A stretch of 64,000 nucleotides of DNA from Eledone cirrhosa (Eukaryota), in contig OZ024740.1 of NCBI GenBank assembly GCA_964016885.1, positions 227,974,001-228,038,000 of the forward strand, given 5' to 3'. The notes beneath the pieces were generated by a model. It was not told the origin of the DNA. It saw nothing but the letters and a program-made list of their open reading frames with translations, and did not search any database. A program made the translations under genes and the position numbers. Each line of letters opens with the position of its first letter. The first letter of the stretch is position 1. Of this stretch, positions 13,165 to 26,100 are shown one piece after another.

Positions 13165-14141
13165 AGTTGAAATTAATGTATGCAAGATTTCACAGCTCTA
13201 ACATCACTCCTTCATAGTCAGCCTATGAACTTTTCAGTTGACCCTCATATGTATAATATTTTTCCAACAATATATTTAGTTTTTATTAAGTGTAAATTGA
13301 AACATACCTATACTCATAACCTTTGTAAAAACTCATGCCGTTTAACTTTTTTGAATTCTAGTACTACTTAAACTGGGAGAAATCTATCTGCTGGTGGCAT
13401 GTAGAATATAAAGGAAAACTGATATACCATTCATCATCATTTTTATGTTGTCTTTTCCATGCTGACATAAGTTGGGCAGGACTTTTTGAGGTAATGTTTT
13501 ACAGCCAGATGTCTTTCCTGACACAAACCCTTTTAGTAATTTCTTCAACACAGGAATTAGGTGTATCTATTCTGAACCAAATAGGCATAGCAAATATATA
13601 CTCTATTACATGTTACAGCCGACTTGTTGAGATCATGCTGGGCACAGCCATGTATGTGTATTGTTTTTCTGTTATTCATTTCATTTCATTTCATTTTTTA
13701 CGTCCACTTTTCCCTGCTTGCAAGGGTGGGACGGGAACTGATTCTGGCTTGATTTCTACAGCTGGATGCCCTTCCTAACACCAACCTCATTTACAGTGAG
13801 TGCTGGGTGCTTTTTTTGCCGTGGCACCTCCACGTCCACTTTGCAGTGGAATGATATGGACCCCAGTCCCTATCATCTCATTTCTACAGCTGAGTAAACT
13901 TTATTAAATTTAATTATTTTGATAGACAAAACAAATGGACAATAACAATAAAAGTGAGTCAGAAAAAAACAAACATGCAGGCTCCTTCAATTGTATACTA
14001 AAATTTTACTTTTCATCCTTTTAGAATTAATAAATAAAGTACCCATCCAGTACCAGGGTCATTAAAAATAATACCATTTTAGTACTGGGTCGATTCTTTT
14101 GTATGTCTCTGCCTGTCTGTCTCTCTCTGTCATTTCTAATA

Positions 14142-14512
14142 TACTCTCAAAGCCCAAATAACAGGGGTGGCGGGTTGAAAATCGGTAAGTTTTCTAGGTT
14201 GTCTCTCTTGATTTAAAAAGAAAAAACAGAATTAGTCATTTAGTTTACATATTGAGACACCCCGACCCATCCTATTTATTTTATAATGTATGGGATTTCT
14301 TTTAATGTTCTTTTTTTGTCATGTATAATGTTTTTTAATGTATAAAGAAAGTTAATTATCGCAGGATTGCTACTACTTAAAATAAAATTTTGCTGGAGAT
14401 AGATTAGCAAAATTTAGTATTCAGGGTGGTTGGAATAAGAGTGGGGTTGGAAAAAATCTGAAAAATTAATAAGCGGGGAAGGACGATGACGATTATTCGA
14501 GACCCGAGAGTA
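14142..14512. mobile_element. Putative TA-flanked MITE
   Basis: Degenerate TIRs tactctcaaagcccaaataa / ttattcgagacccgagagta. Confidence 0.5.
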
Positions 14513-14529
14513 CCTGTAATTCAAAACTC

Positions 14530-16330
14530 AAGTGAGTGTTTTGGCCCTTAACATCTTCCACTCTGCGGAGGCAGGGGGCTGCATCCGGGTTATGATGCTT
14601 GAGTACCCTTCTGCCGACATTTAGTCATTTGAATATGTTATGCTCAGTCCCTACATTTTTCCTTTGCTGCATCCACTGCCTCCTGGACTTTCCATTTTCT
14701 GCTTGTCTTCACCTTGGGTCGGATCGACCTCATGACCTAGTTTTCCGAGATCTCAAGCATACTATCTTCCGAGGCCTTTGACTGGTTCCTCAATCACTGT
14801 TGAGATATTTTTTTGATTAGTTGCTATGAATACAATTGATCCCACTACTATCTGCAGAGAGAGGTTCCTGAATTTCTTTGGTTTGAACCTCATTCTGGAA
14901 GGTACAATTATCTCGTCCAACTGTTCTGGTATTCTACACGTTTCAACCTCCTTTGTGGTAAGGACTGTAGTGTTGTCCATGAAAGCTTTTAGAGGAGGCA
15001 TTTGAAATTCCTCTCCGAGCACTCTTGGAACTGATCATCCTATTGCCACCTTCAGGACAACCTCCATTGCCAACAAAAACATTATAGGGGAGATTGCACA
15101 ACCCTTTGCTATGCCAACTTCCAAATTGATCTAGACTGTTGTGTACTCTTTGGTGTAGAATGACATGCAGAAACCATGAACATACTTCTTCAGCATTTCT
15201 CGGATGTTCTTTAGAACATGGTACATCTCGAGAGCTAAATGGATAATCTTATGTGGGACTAAACCGTAGGCATTTGCCAGATCAAGCCACACCACATCAA
15301 GATCTCTTTCCTGCTCTAGCTCTTAGCTCCAAGAGAAGAAGTTGGACGCATTCGATTCCAGGCATCTGCGAAAGATCCTGGGGATTAAATGGAGTGGCCA
15401 TGTAACAAACCAGGAAGTCAGGAACCGCACCAACCAGCAGCTAGTCTCTTCTGCCATCTGTAAGCGACGCCTGGGCTGGTTTGGGCACGCTTTGAGACTT
15501 CCCCCGGAGAGACTGGCGAACCAAGTACTTAAATGGAACCCACAGGGAAGCAGACGGGGAGGGCGACCCAAAATGAACTAGCGCCAGACAGTTGAGAGGG
15601 ACCTGCGAGCGACAAACAGACAATGGCGGGACGCTGTGCAACTGGCTGCTGACCGAACGCGGTGGAACACTATGATTGCCTCATGCGTCGCAAGACGCGG
15701 GAGCTTCTGAGTCTGAGTCTTAGGATTGCTTCCTAAATTATTGTGGTTTGTTCCTCACAACCAGATACACCAGCGATGCCTTCCTTCTGAACTGATATAT
15801 TCAGGTACTTATTCTCTGTGATGTATCTAGTTAACCTTGCAGCTATAAAAGAGAAGAAAATTTTACTTTCAACATTCAGAAGTGATATCGGTTTGAATTA
15901 GTTGATGTCACTTGAATTCTGCTCTTTCGGCTCTCATCCATTGGTCGCTGATCTTCCATGCTGACCATATCATTTTGTGGAGCCATGCAAGGACTCCGGG
16001 ACATTTCTTGTACAACATATAGGGTATTCTATTTGGTCCTGGTTTTCTTAACCACTTTCATTACTTCACCCAGTGTTGGTGGCATGTCATCGAACAATTC
16101 CTCTGGGAGAGTAGGCAACACCGGACCCTAGATTTCAAGTGGTGTCTCTCACTCTGTGGGTCTGATAATGTAGGCTAAGATGCTGTTCAAGAGTTTTTTT
16201 ATTTTTTGTGAGTGTCCCAAATTTTGGATGCTCAAATAGTTTCCTGGCAACTGGAGAAGCAATCTCGTGCTAGGGCACGATGTCTTTCTTTGAGGTCTCT
16301 CCAGAGCTCTTCTAGCCTTTGGTTCTCAAA
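14530..16330 (-). mobile_element. Decayed non-LTR retrotransposon RT of the restriction-like-endonuclease group (HERO/NeSL-like)
   Basis: Manual translation: DVVWLDLANAYGLVPHK (about 15250-15300), GIAKGCAISP, PPLKAFMDN, RMRFKPKK; clade from motif recall. Confidence 0.75.
15321..15723 (+). mobile_element. RTE/RTEX-like 3' fragment nested in the HERO-like element
   Basis: LRKILGIKW...RRLGWFGH...GRPK; (ctgagt)n tail; tcttag duplicated at both ends (candidate TSD). Confidence 0.85.
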
Positions 16331-16965
16331 TACCAAAGTAGCCTTCATCTCTTTCTTGAGACCCCCCCCCCCCCCACACACACACTTAATATTATCCATC
16401 TGGATTTCCGATTTTATTTCTAATTTTTATTTTTGGTTGTCTTACTCCATAGGCATCTTTGCATATTGTATAAACAATGTTTCCAAATGCGGCTAGCTTG
16501 TATTAAAGGGTGAGGTTGTCAAGCAGAAGCGAAAATGTAAAAAGTGGAATTGTTTTGTTGAAAAGCGAAACGCTTCAAAATGAACCTAGACTAGAAAAAA
16601 ATACTTCAACAACTATTTCTATTCCGAAAAGTACATTTTTCATTCGAGAACATTAATAAGTCTTCTTAAAACTTTAAACATATTTAATAAAAAACTTAAA
16701 CCCAGACAAACAAATCATTTAGTTAAAACGAAGCCTGACAGATTTTGTTTTTAATTTCCATTATTTGCTGCTGAACTATTAGATATAAATTAAATTACTT
16801 TTTTAGTTATCATAACTCAGTTTTACTTAAATAAAATATATACGAATTATTTTATTTTAAATAGTTGTATTTATCTGCATGTTAAAATAGGTTTTAGTTA
16901 AGTATTAAATTTTTTATATTTATATTCGCTCCTTGTATGTTTATGTTCTGTTTAGTTGTTCAGAC

Positions 16966-17155
16966 ATGTATTTCTGTCGATTTCATGTCGTCTGCCTTTT
17001 ACTTACTATTATACTATTTATTACTGCTGCAGTATCTGCCGCAGAAGATAAATTTTCTGAAGAACTATTTATAAAAACATTACCTAGTGGCCATGTATAT
17101 TTTAATTTCCAATTTATTACACGTTGGGATGTAGACATTCGGAATAAAAGCCAAT
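16966..17155 (+). CDS. PIGT: PIGT coding exon 1 (signal peptide; MYFCRF...[28 protein letters not shown]...)
   Basis: ATG at 16966, hydrophobic leader, F.EEL.I..LPSG.V..FQF.TRW motif, donor gtgagt at 17156, phase 1. Confidence 0.93.
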
Positions 17156-20100
17156 GTGAGTATAGATTATACACTTTGCTTTTGGCTTGCTTTTTTAAAA
17201 TATATATTTTTACTTTACGGGATTTCATTTCCAGTCACATTGATTTGATTGATATATTGGGCAATAAATATCTATATTTGTATGTTTATCAGTGCAGAGA
17301 GATGACAGAAGTGCTATGTATTTCGAAATCGCGCACACCGGTTTTAGAGGAGTTTAGCGCACCGCTTTCACTTCCTCAGGTATTTTCTATCAGTAATTGG
17401 TTGCCTTTCACTTCAGGCCCGTAGCCAAGGGGATGCCCGGCATCCCCTATCAAAAGAAAATTTAGTTTTGGCATCCCCATCAAACAAGAATAATATATAT
17501 ATTTTACTAAACAATATTTCTTTATTTTGTTTTGGCATCCCCATGTTTTAATATATTCGAATGGCATTACCTGGCAGAAAACCTGGCTACGGGTTTGGTT
17601 CACTTTTCCTTTTAGATTGATTATTTGGCAAATATATAGTTTCCAGTATCTAGGGCTTCTAGTTGTTGGTTATATTTGTCATATATAAGAGGATTAACGA
17701 TAGAAACTGGAGAATTGTGCTAATACATTTTATACTTCAGTAAGATAATTAAAACCTCAAAATGAAATATGGGGAGGGAGCAAGTGTATCCGTATTTCTA
17801 GATAGATTTTAAATAATTTATTCGATCACCAGCTATCAATTTTGGAATTTCATTAATTGAAATAAAAAGAAATAATTATAAAAAGATTCCTTGTATTCAG
17901 TTCACATGCTCAATTCTAACCGTTCATATCAACCTGTATTTATACAATGTATCTGGTGAATAAGCCGGTATATTTCGGTTTTCTTATTTCGCGCTCTATT
18001 ATTGTCAAATATTCCCCAATTTTGTATAAGTAACCAACCTATTTATTTATGCACCTAACAACCTTTTCATCCGACATTGCACTCATATTTGTTCTTGTTT
18101 GCTAGAAAAGGGCTGCTAATAAAGAATTATTATGGTGGATTGGCAGTATCGGTAGAGGGTCGGACGCCATGCTTTCCAGCATAGTTACGTCCCTTTACGA
18201 TCTGAGTTCAAATCCCGCCGAGGTTGACTTTGCCTTTCATCCTTATGGGGTCGATAAAATAAAGTACTAGTAATGCACTAGATATTTGCTGGCCTTGTGC
18301 CTAAAGTAGAAACAATTATTGATATTATTAATTGTTTCTACTTTAGGCACAAGGTCAGCAATTACCCAGTGCATTACTGGTACTTTATTTTATCGACCCC
18401 GTAAGGATGAAAGGCAAAGTCAACCTCGGCGGGATTTGAACTTAGATCGTAAAGGGACGTAACTATGCTGGAAAGCATGGCGTCCGACCCTCTACCGATA
18501 CTGCCAATCCACCCCTCCCCTTTATTGATATTATTAATATGGGGCGGTGGATTGGCAGTATCGGTAGAGGGTCGGACGCCATGCTTTCCAGCATAGTTAC
18601 GTCCCTTTATGATCTGAGTTCAAATCCCGCCGAGGTTGACTTTGCCTTTCATCCTTACAATTATTGATATTATTAATTTATGAAAATAAAAATGATCACG
18701 GTATGTTATACTCCGAGACAGCTCTCTACCCAAATACGAGGTGAGCTGAAATGTTCATAAGCTGACTATGAAGGAGTGATGCTAGAGCTGTGAAATCTTG
18801 CATGCATTAATTTCAACTCTTCTTATTAATAACTGCATTGTTTCTTTCCAGGGACTATGTTGAAAAATAAACCTCATTTGGTCATTCCTTGAGAGTATCT
18901 TTGTCAGCCTGTGAACTTTTCAGCCGACCCTGTAGTTACAACTATAAATATTGTTGTATTTGTATTGTCCGAAGATATTTCGGCAAGCTATATATCATGT
19001 TTTTAATTATATTTACTAACTTATAGAAATAACCAAAGACACACAAACACACACACATTTCTCTATATCGGCGTCAGTTAGGTTTTATTCATGTTTAGAA
19101 AATAATCACCGACCTGCCGAGTTACAATCGATGTGCCAGCTGCTTTGTCATTCATCTGCCTAAGTTCGATAGAATAAGTACTGTTTATTAATATTACCGC
19201 GGTTTTATATATCCCGGAAAGGTGTGAGTTGGATCGATTTTGGCCTTTCGTCCCTCCATACAAATCAGTCTTGTGCCTAATCGAATCAATATGTTAAATG
19301 ATCATTTCCTTTTTTATTTGATGATTTTCCCTTCCTTTTAGATAAATGATTATTTTTTTGCCCCTGTGTAGATTGACGAAAACAAAACTAAACAAAGTTC
19401 AAATGCATAGGGAACAGACAGTTTGAATTTTGGATCTTCATGTTTTTTAATATATTATATTTAGGGTTGAAATTTATTTACTTATCTAGTTATTTAGTTT
19501 GCTATAAATACCTACAATTTAAAGTTTATTTTTTATAAGCAGGGGCCATCAAAATGTTAACCGGAAATAATTGTATGATGAGGAATATATATATATATAG
19601 ATTATAATTATTTTGCAAATATGGGAGACGACTGTAATGTTTTGTTTTGATTAGCTACCTTGATACCTATCCCACAAGTCTTTCCTTTTTTGTTACCTGC
19701 CCAGAACTACAAAGGTCGGTTGAAAAGTTCATAGGGTGACCAAGATATTCTCATGGAATGACCAAATGAGGTTTATTTTTCAACACAGTGCCTAGAGAGA
19801 CGCAGTTAATAAGAAGATTTGAAATTAATGCATGCAAGATTTCACAGCTCTAGCATCACTTCTTCATAGTCAGCTCCTTTTTTTGTCAGCCCTTTGTTCC
19901 TGCTAACAATATCTTACATATGTTCATGCTGACATCACACCAATCTCACCAGACCGAAGGTCATGGGGCTTGTTCTCATTACGAGATTAATTAAAAAAAA
20001 AAATAATAGTCTTAATTCTGTGCTTGGACAAGACTTGTTACTAGGAAACCAAGAGTTATTGATAACAATGAGTTGATAACAAGGTTGTAGGGCAAGTCAT

Positions 20101-23100
20101 TTCCAACTACAAACTGGGTTATAATCATTTTGATATGATCCTCTATTTCTAATTATATTTCCTCTGTTTGGATAGTATTTCTTTCTCTATTGTAGTTTTA
20201 TTTTACACATGTTCAAAACATTGTTTTATTACAGGCATGTGCATGGGGCTGGTATGTTTTTAACTGTCTTTTCTGTTATGTTTTCCAAACATGAGCACTG
20301 AGTGAATTTTGTATTTGGTATAAACTTTTGGCTTCTTGAGTTGATGAAGGGGTGTTGTGGAATTGATGTGGTTTTGAAGAACAAAACCCCAAAAAACTAG
20401 TGATTATTAAAGGACCCAGAACTTCATAAAAGTCTTTAAAATTGCTACAGCATGGCCAAATAATGCTTAAGAGATTTGCTTTGCAATCTTGAGGCTCCAG
20501 GTTTGATCCCATTACATGACATCTTGGGCAAGTTTATTTACTATAACCTTGGGTTGACCCAAGCCTTGTGAGTGAAATTAGGTAAATAGAGATTGTTTGG
20601 AATCCCATTCAGTGAATTGTACCTGTAATTCGAAGGACATGTCTTGTCAAACAAGAACCACAGTAATAAATTGTATTGAAATTCCATAATTAGTTACAAA
20701 ATTTAACAGTAGTTATGTCACTATAATAAAGTAATTATCATAAAGCAAGATTTATGTTGACAAATTTTATTACTTGAAATTTTCTTTCAAACAGTTTTTA
20801 AAAGTCAAATATAATCTTATCTTAGGCCAAAGGTCCTAAGGCCTTCTACAGGAGCCAGACTGAAAGTTCATTCAGAGGATAACTTTTTGAATAGTTTTTC
20901 ATATAGTCTGTGGTTTATATTTATATAAACCATATATATGCAGATACACTTGCCTTCATGCTATTAATTCTTATTATCTTCACCCTGTAAAGTGGTCATG
21001 CGGGTGACATGACAAAAAGTTCCCAGTCAACCATGTAAAGTGGTTGTACTGGTGGCCCAATAAAAAGCGCCCAGTCCACCCTGTAAGGTGGTCATGCTGG
21101 TGCCACGACGAAAAAAACCCCACCTTGTTAGATGGTCATTTTGGTGCCAAGATAAAAAGCACCCAGTCCCCACTGTAATGTGGTTAGTGTTAGGAAGGGC
21201 ATCCATGTCTCATAATGTGACAACCCGTTTAACCCATGCAAGCATGGAAAATGAATGTTAAACACTGATGATGATGATATCTCACTTGTAACCTGTCATT
21301 TAAAATAAAGAACAGCTGGTTGCTTTTTTAGTCACTATAAATCATGTTTATATATTGTGTTATGTTGAAAGAAAATTGCCAACGTTTCTAGATATAATTT
21401 TCATTATCGTATGTCTGTTTTTCATACTGACAGAGGTTGGGCAGATCGTTATGGTCTGAGTCAGTTTTTACTTGGAGTTACTACCTTTCTAGATGGATTT
21501 GAAGGCCATATCTTGCATGTATGTTCCATTTTGGCATGGCTTCTGGAGCATGCTGCACTTCTTAACACCAATCACTTTACAGAGTCTATTGGAAGTATTT
21601 TATTGTGGCAGCAGCACTAGTGAAGTTGTCTTGTATCATGTAAGACCAAAGAGTATTTAGGCTGGGAGTAATAGAAGAGAGACAGTGCTGAAGGGTGTAA
21701 TGAGAGAGAGAGGCAGTGCTGGAAGGTGTAATGAGAGAGGCAGTGCTGGAGGGTGTAATGAGAGAGAGGCAGTGCTTGGAGGGTGTAATGAGAGAGAGAG
21801 GCAGTGCTGGAGGGTGTAATGAGAGAGAGAAACAGTGCTTGAGGGTATAATGAGAGAGAGGCAGTGCTGGAGGGTGTCATGAGAGAGAGGCAGTGCTGGA
21901 AGGTGTAATGAGAGAGGCAGTGCTGGAGGGTGTCATGAGAGAGAGAAACAGTGCTGGAGGGTGTAATGAGAGAGAGGCAGTGCTGGAGGGTGTAATGAAA
22001 GAGAGGCAGTGCTGGAGGGTGTAATGAGAGAGAGAAACAGTGCTGGAGGGTGTCATGAGAGAGAGACAGTGTTGGAGGGTGTAATGAAAGAGAGGCAGTG
22101 CTTGGAGGGTGTAATGAGAGAGATAAACAGTGCTGGAGGGTGTCATGAGAGAGAGACAGTGTTGGAGGGTGTAATGAAAGAGAGACAGTGTTGGAGGGTG
22201 TAATGAGAGAGACTGATAGAGAGTGTCATGAGAGAGAGAGGCAGTGCTGAAGGGTGTAATGAGAGAGACAGTGATGGAAGGTGTCATGAGAGAGAGAGAG
22301 ACAGTGCTGGAGGGTGTCATGAGAGAGAGAAACAGTGCTGGAGGGTGTAATGAGAGAGAGGCAGTGCTGGAGGGTGTAATGAGAGAGAGAAACAGTGCTT
22401 GAGGGTATAATGAGAGAGAGGCAGTGCTGGAGGGTGTAATGAGAGAGAGACAGTGTTGGAGGGTGTCATGAGAGAGAGACAGTGTTGGAGGGTGTAATGA
22501 AAGAGAGGCAGTGCTTGGAGGGTGTAATGAGAGAGAGAAACAGTGCTGGAGGGTGTCATGAGAGAGAGACAGTGTTGGAGGGTGTAATGAAAGAGAGACA
22601 GTGTTGGAGGGTGTAATGAGAGAGACTGATAGAGAGTGTCATGAGAGAGAGAGGCAGTGCTGAAGGGTGTAATGAGAGAGACAGTGATGGAAGGTGTCAT
22701 GAGAGAGAGAGAGACAGTGCTGGAGGGTGTCATGAGAGAGAGAGAGACAGTGCTGGAGGGTGTAATTAGAGAGAGAGACAGTGATGGAGGGTGTCATGAG
22801 AAAGAGAGACAGTGCTGGAGGGTGTCATGGAAAAGAGACTTTGTTGGAGGGTGTCATGAGAGAGAGACAGTGCTGGAGGGTGTCATGAGAGAGACAGTGA
22901 TGGAGGGTGTAATGGAAAAGAGACAATGATAGCAGGGATCATAAATATTTCTGGAGATAGGGTGTTGCAGGAGAAGTAATAGATGATATATAGTGTTAGA
23001 GGGAGTAATTAAAGAGAGACGGTAATAGTAGTTACATGTTTGCTAGTGAAAGAAAGAGAGAGAGAGTGAGAATAAGAGAAGGTTACAGTGGATAGGAGGC

Positions 23101-26100
23101 AGGTTGAGAGATGAGAGGGTATCAAAGAGGTTAGGAGTATAATAGGTGGAGACGTAAGAGACCTAAATTATCATCATCATCATTATTTTTATGTCCGTTT
23201 TACCACACTTGCTTGGGTTGAATGGGTCCTTTTCAGCACAGTGTCTCTCCACACATACGCATCGCTTGACCATACCAAAGCAACAACTTATCCCTCTTAA
23301 GCCTAATTTCTCTGGATAAAACATTACTTTGTTTTGTTTTATTTGTCATCATTTACCCTTTGTATTTTTCTACCACATTGTACCAACTTTGTCAAAATTA
23401 TCCGTCTTTTTAAAAAAAAAAATTCAATTTTCTTTTCTTTGTTTCAGTCAATCAGTACAGGTTGTTTCCCAAATCTTTAGGAGATATTGTATCTACACAT
23501 GATGTTCAAGAACTACATCTATCTCTAACTCAAGGAATATGGAGACATGATAAATGGGGTTATCCCATCCATGATGCACCACCAGGAGCAGAGCTTTGGG
23601 TGTGGTTCCTGCCTTCAGTTACAAGGTATTCAATATTTATAATTATTTCTTGGAAATGTGTTTAAGAAATGGGGGAACAGAAATTTATAGGCAAAATTTA
23701 TTTTGTATTCATAAAAGGCATAGGCATGGATATGTACTTAAAGATGTTTGCTTCATAACCACATGGTTTTGCGTTCTATCTCATTGCATGACACCTTGGG
23801 CAAAATTACCCTACTGAAGACTCATGCTGACCAATGTCCTCTGAATGAATTTGGTAAACAAAGATTCTAAGGAAGCCCAACAACCACACACACACACACA
23901 CACAGGCACCCCCCACACACATAAATAAATAATTGTTTTTCTACTTTTGGCACAAGGCTAGCAATTACCCAGTACATTACTGGTACTTTATTTTATCGAC
24001 CCCATAAGGATGAAAGCAAAGTTAACCGCGGCGGGATTTGAACTCAGTCCATAAAGGGACGTAACTGTGCTGCAAAGCATGGCGCCCGACCCTCTACCGA
24101 TACTGCCAATCCATAGCTAGTAAATAGTGCTTACGTCGTATTTGACTAAGTAAATTAGTTGGAATTTTTTTTTAAACTCTTAGAATGGGACACAAACCCA
24201 CATCTTTAGTTTGCCGGACCACTGTGCTAACCATTACACCAATACGCCACCCACACCTTTATTCCATTCAATTAAAGCTATAATTATAGTGTATGAATAT
24301 ATATATATATATAAATATGTTTTGAAACTAGAAATAGATGCTTTCGCTGTATTTTTATACTAAAGAAATTTTAACCTGATAGTGGGGTTTAGAACCCTCT
24401 AAGAAATGGAAAAAGATGAGTTATATAAAAGATACAAAATTGGCTTTCTTTATAAGCAGTGGAGATTTAAAAAATAGCTAGTAAGTAGTGCTTATGCCAT
24501 ATTTAACTAAGTAAATTAGTCTATAATTAAAATAAGTTGATATTAATAGCATTATTGTAGATAAATAAACCTACTGTGTTTGAATTAAATGTGGTTTCCA
24601 ATTTTCTCTTGTTATTTAGTGTAAATGTCAGTTGGGCAGAACTTGTGAATGCTCTCTCTGGTCTATTCTGTGCTTCTCTCAACTTCATGGATGCAAAATC
24701 AACTGTGAATCCCAACTGGTCTTTCCGACCACATGGTTTGCAAGGAGAAGGCTTTGCTAAGGATGTAAAACTACTGCGTTATTCAGCTTTGCCTAGGGAG
24801 GTGGTTTGTACTGAGAATCTCACTCCTTGGAAAAAGCTCCTTCCATGTGATTCAAAGGTTAGTATTCTTTATAAAACTACTATATATATATGTATATGTA
24901 AAATGTATGTATGTATCATAATTGACTGTTACTTAGGTTTCACTGAAGCCATCAGCTAACCAGGATACATGTAATATATATAAGACTCTGCTAAATGTAT
25001 GGTATTATCCCATTAGTAAATGTTTGTTGTTATTTTTATACCAATAAATCTACAAACCAACATTAACATCTCTCTCTCTGTATATATAAAATAAAAATTA
25101 ACAGACACAGAAATACAAAAACAATTAGTGTTGTTAGGTTCATTGGATGAAAGAGAGAAAAGAAATTATTGAATAACAGCAAATGTGCCTTGTTTTTCTA
25201 TTAACCTGGAGAAAATGGAAGAGTGGAGGGGACAGAAAGCAATACCAGATAGCATGAAGGGAGGCCAGGCGCCAAGTATATCTAGTGAGGGGAGAGGCAG
25301 AAAAGAAGTTTGCACATGTTCTGCATCGTGAGGATCAGAGGCGTGAAGTGTTCTGGATTGTAAGACAGTGGGCTAGAGAAAATCGTGATGTGGCTGGAGA
25401 AAAGTGTGTCTGAAATGATAGCGGAGCACTTGCCCTGTATGATGATGAATGAGGAAAATAAATGGAACAGTGAGGGCCTACTCCATGCAGACCCTAATGA
25501 GGGATGAGTTATAAAAGTTGACAGAAGTATAATAGATAAAGCAATTAAGGACATGAATGTAGGGAAAGCAGCAGGACCGTCTGGTATAGTTGCTGAAATG
25601 CTAAAAGCATCTGACATGGTAGGATATGAGCCAGTCAGGCACTTAGTTAATCAAACATAGCAGTGACATTGTAAATTGCTACAAGGGCAAAGGAGATGCA
25701 CTAGAGAGAAGTAACTACATAGGCATCAAGCTGATGGACCAGGTCATGAAAGTTGCTGAAATGGTTATAGGGGACAGAATCAAGTTAGATGAGACACAGT
25801 TTGGATTTGTGACAGGTAGGGGCACTACTGATGCCTTCTTTCTGGTGAGACAACTACAGGAGAGACATTTCTTTCTAGCTTCTGCGGGTCTTCTGCAGTT
25901 AAGGCCCATTTTTCATTGCCATGTAACATTGCAGATCATACACAGGCATCATACAGTCTACTCTTCACTCTGAGAAAAAAGCATTTTGTTGTTAACCTAC
26001 CTGCAAATCCCACTACATTTCTTGTGTATCCATACTTTACATTGTGTGCACCTTATGGAATTTCTACCCACCAGATTATAGAGCCTTTGACAGGGTCCCA

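Noticed and set aside
17156-17424. ORF-track extension of PIGT exon 1 to 163 aa
   Set aside because: Similarity to PIGT stops at the gtgagt donor at 17156; the rest is intron read-through.
21617-22929. Long Ser/Leu/His-rich ORFs and a CRISPR-like regular array
   Set aside because: Plain minisatellite without unique spacers; eukaryotic intron; no cas genes.
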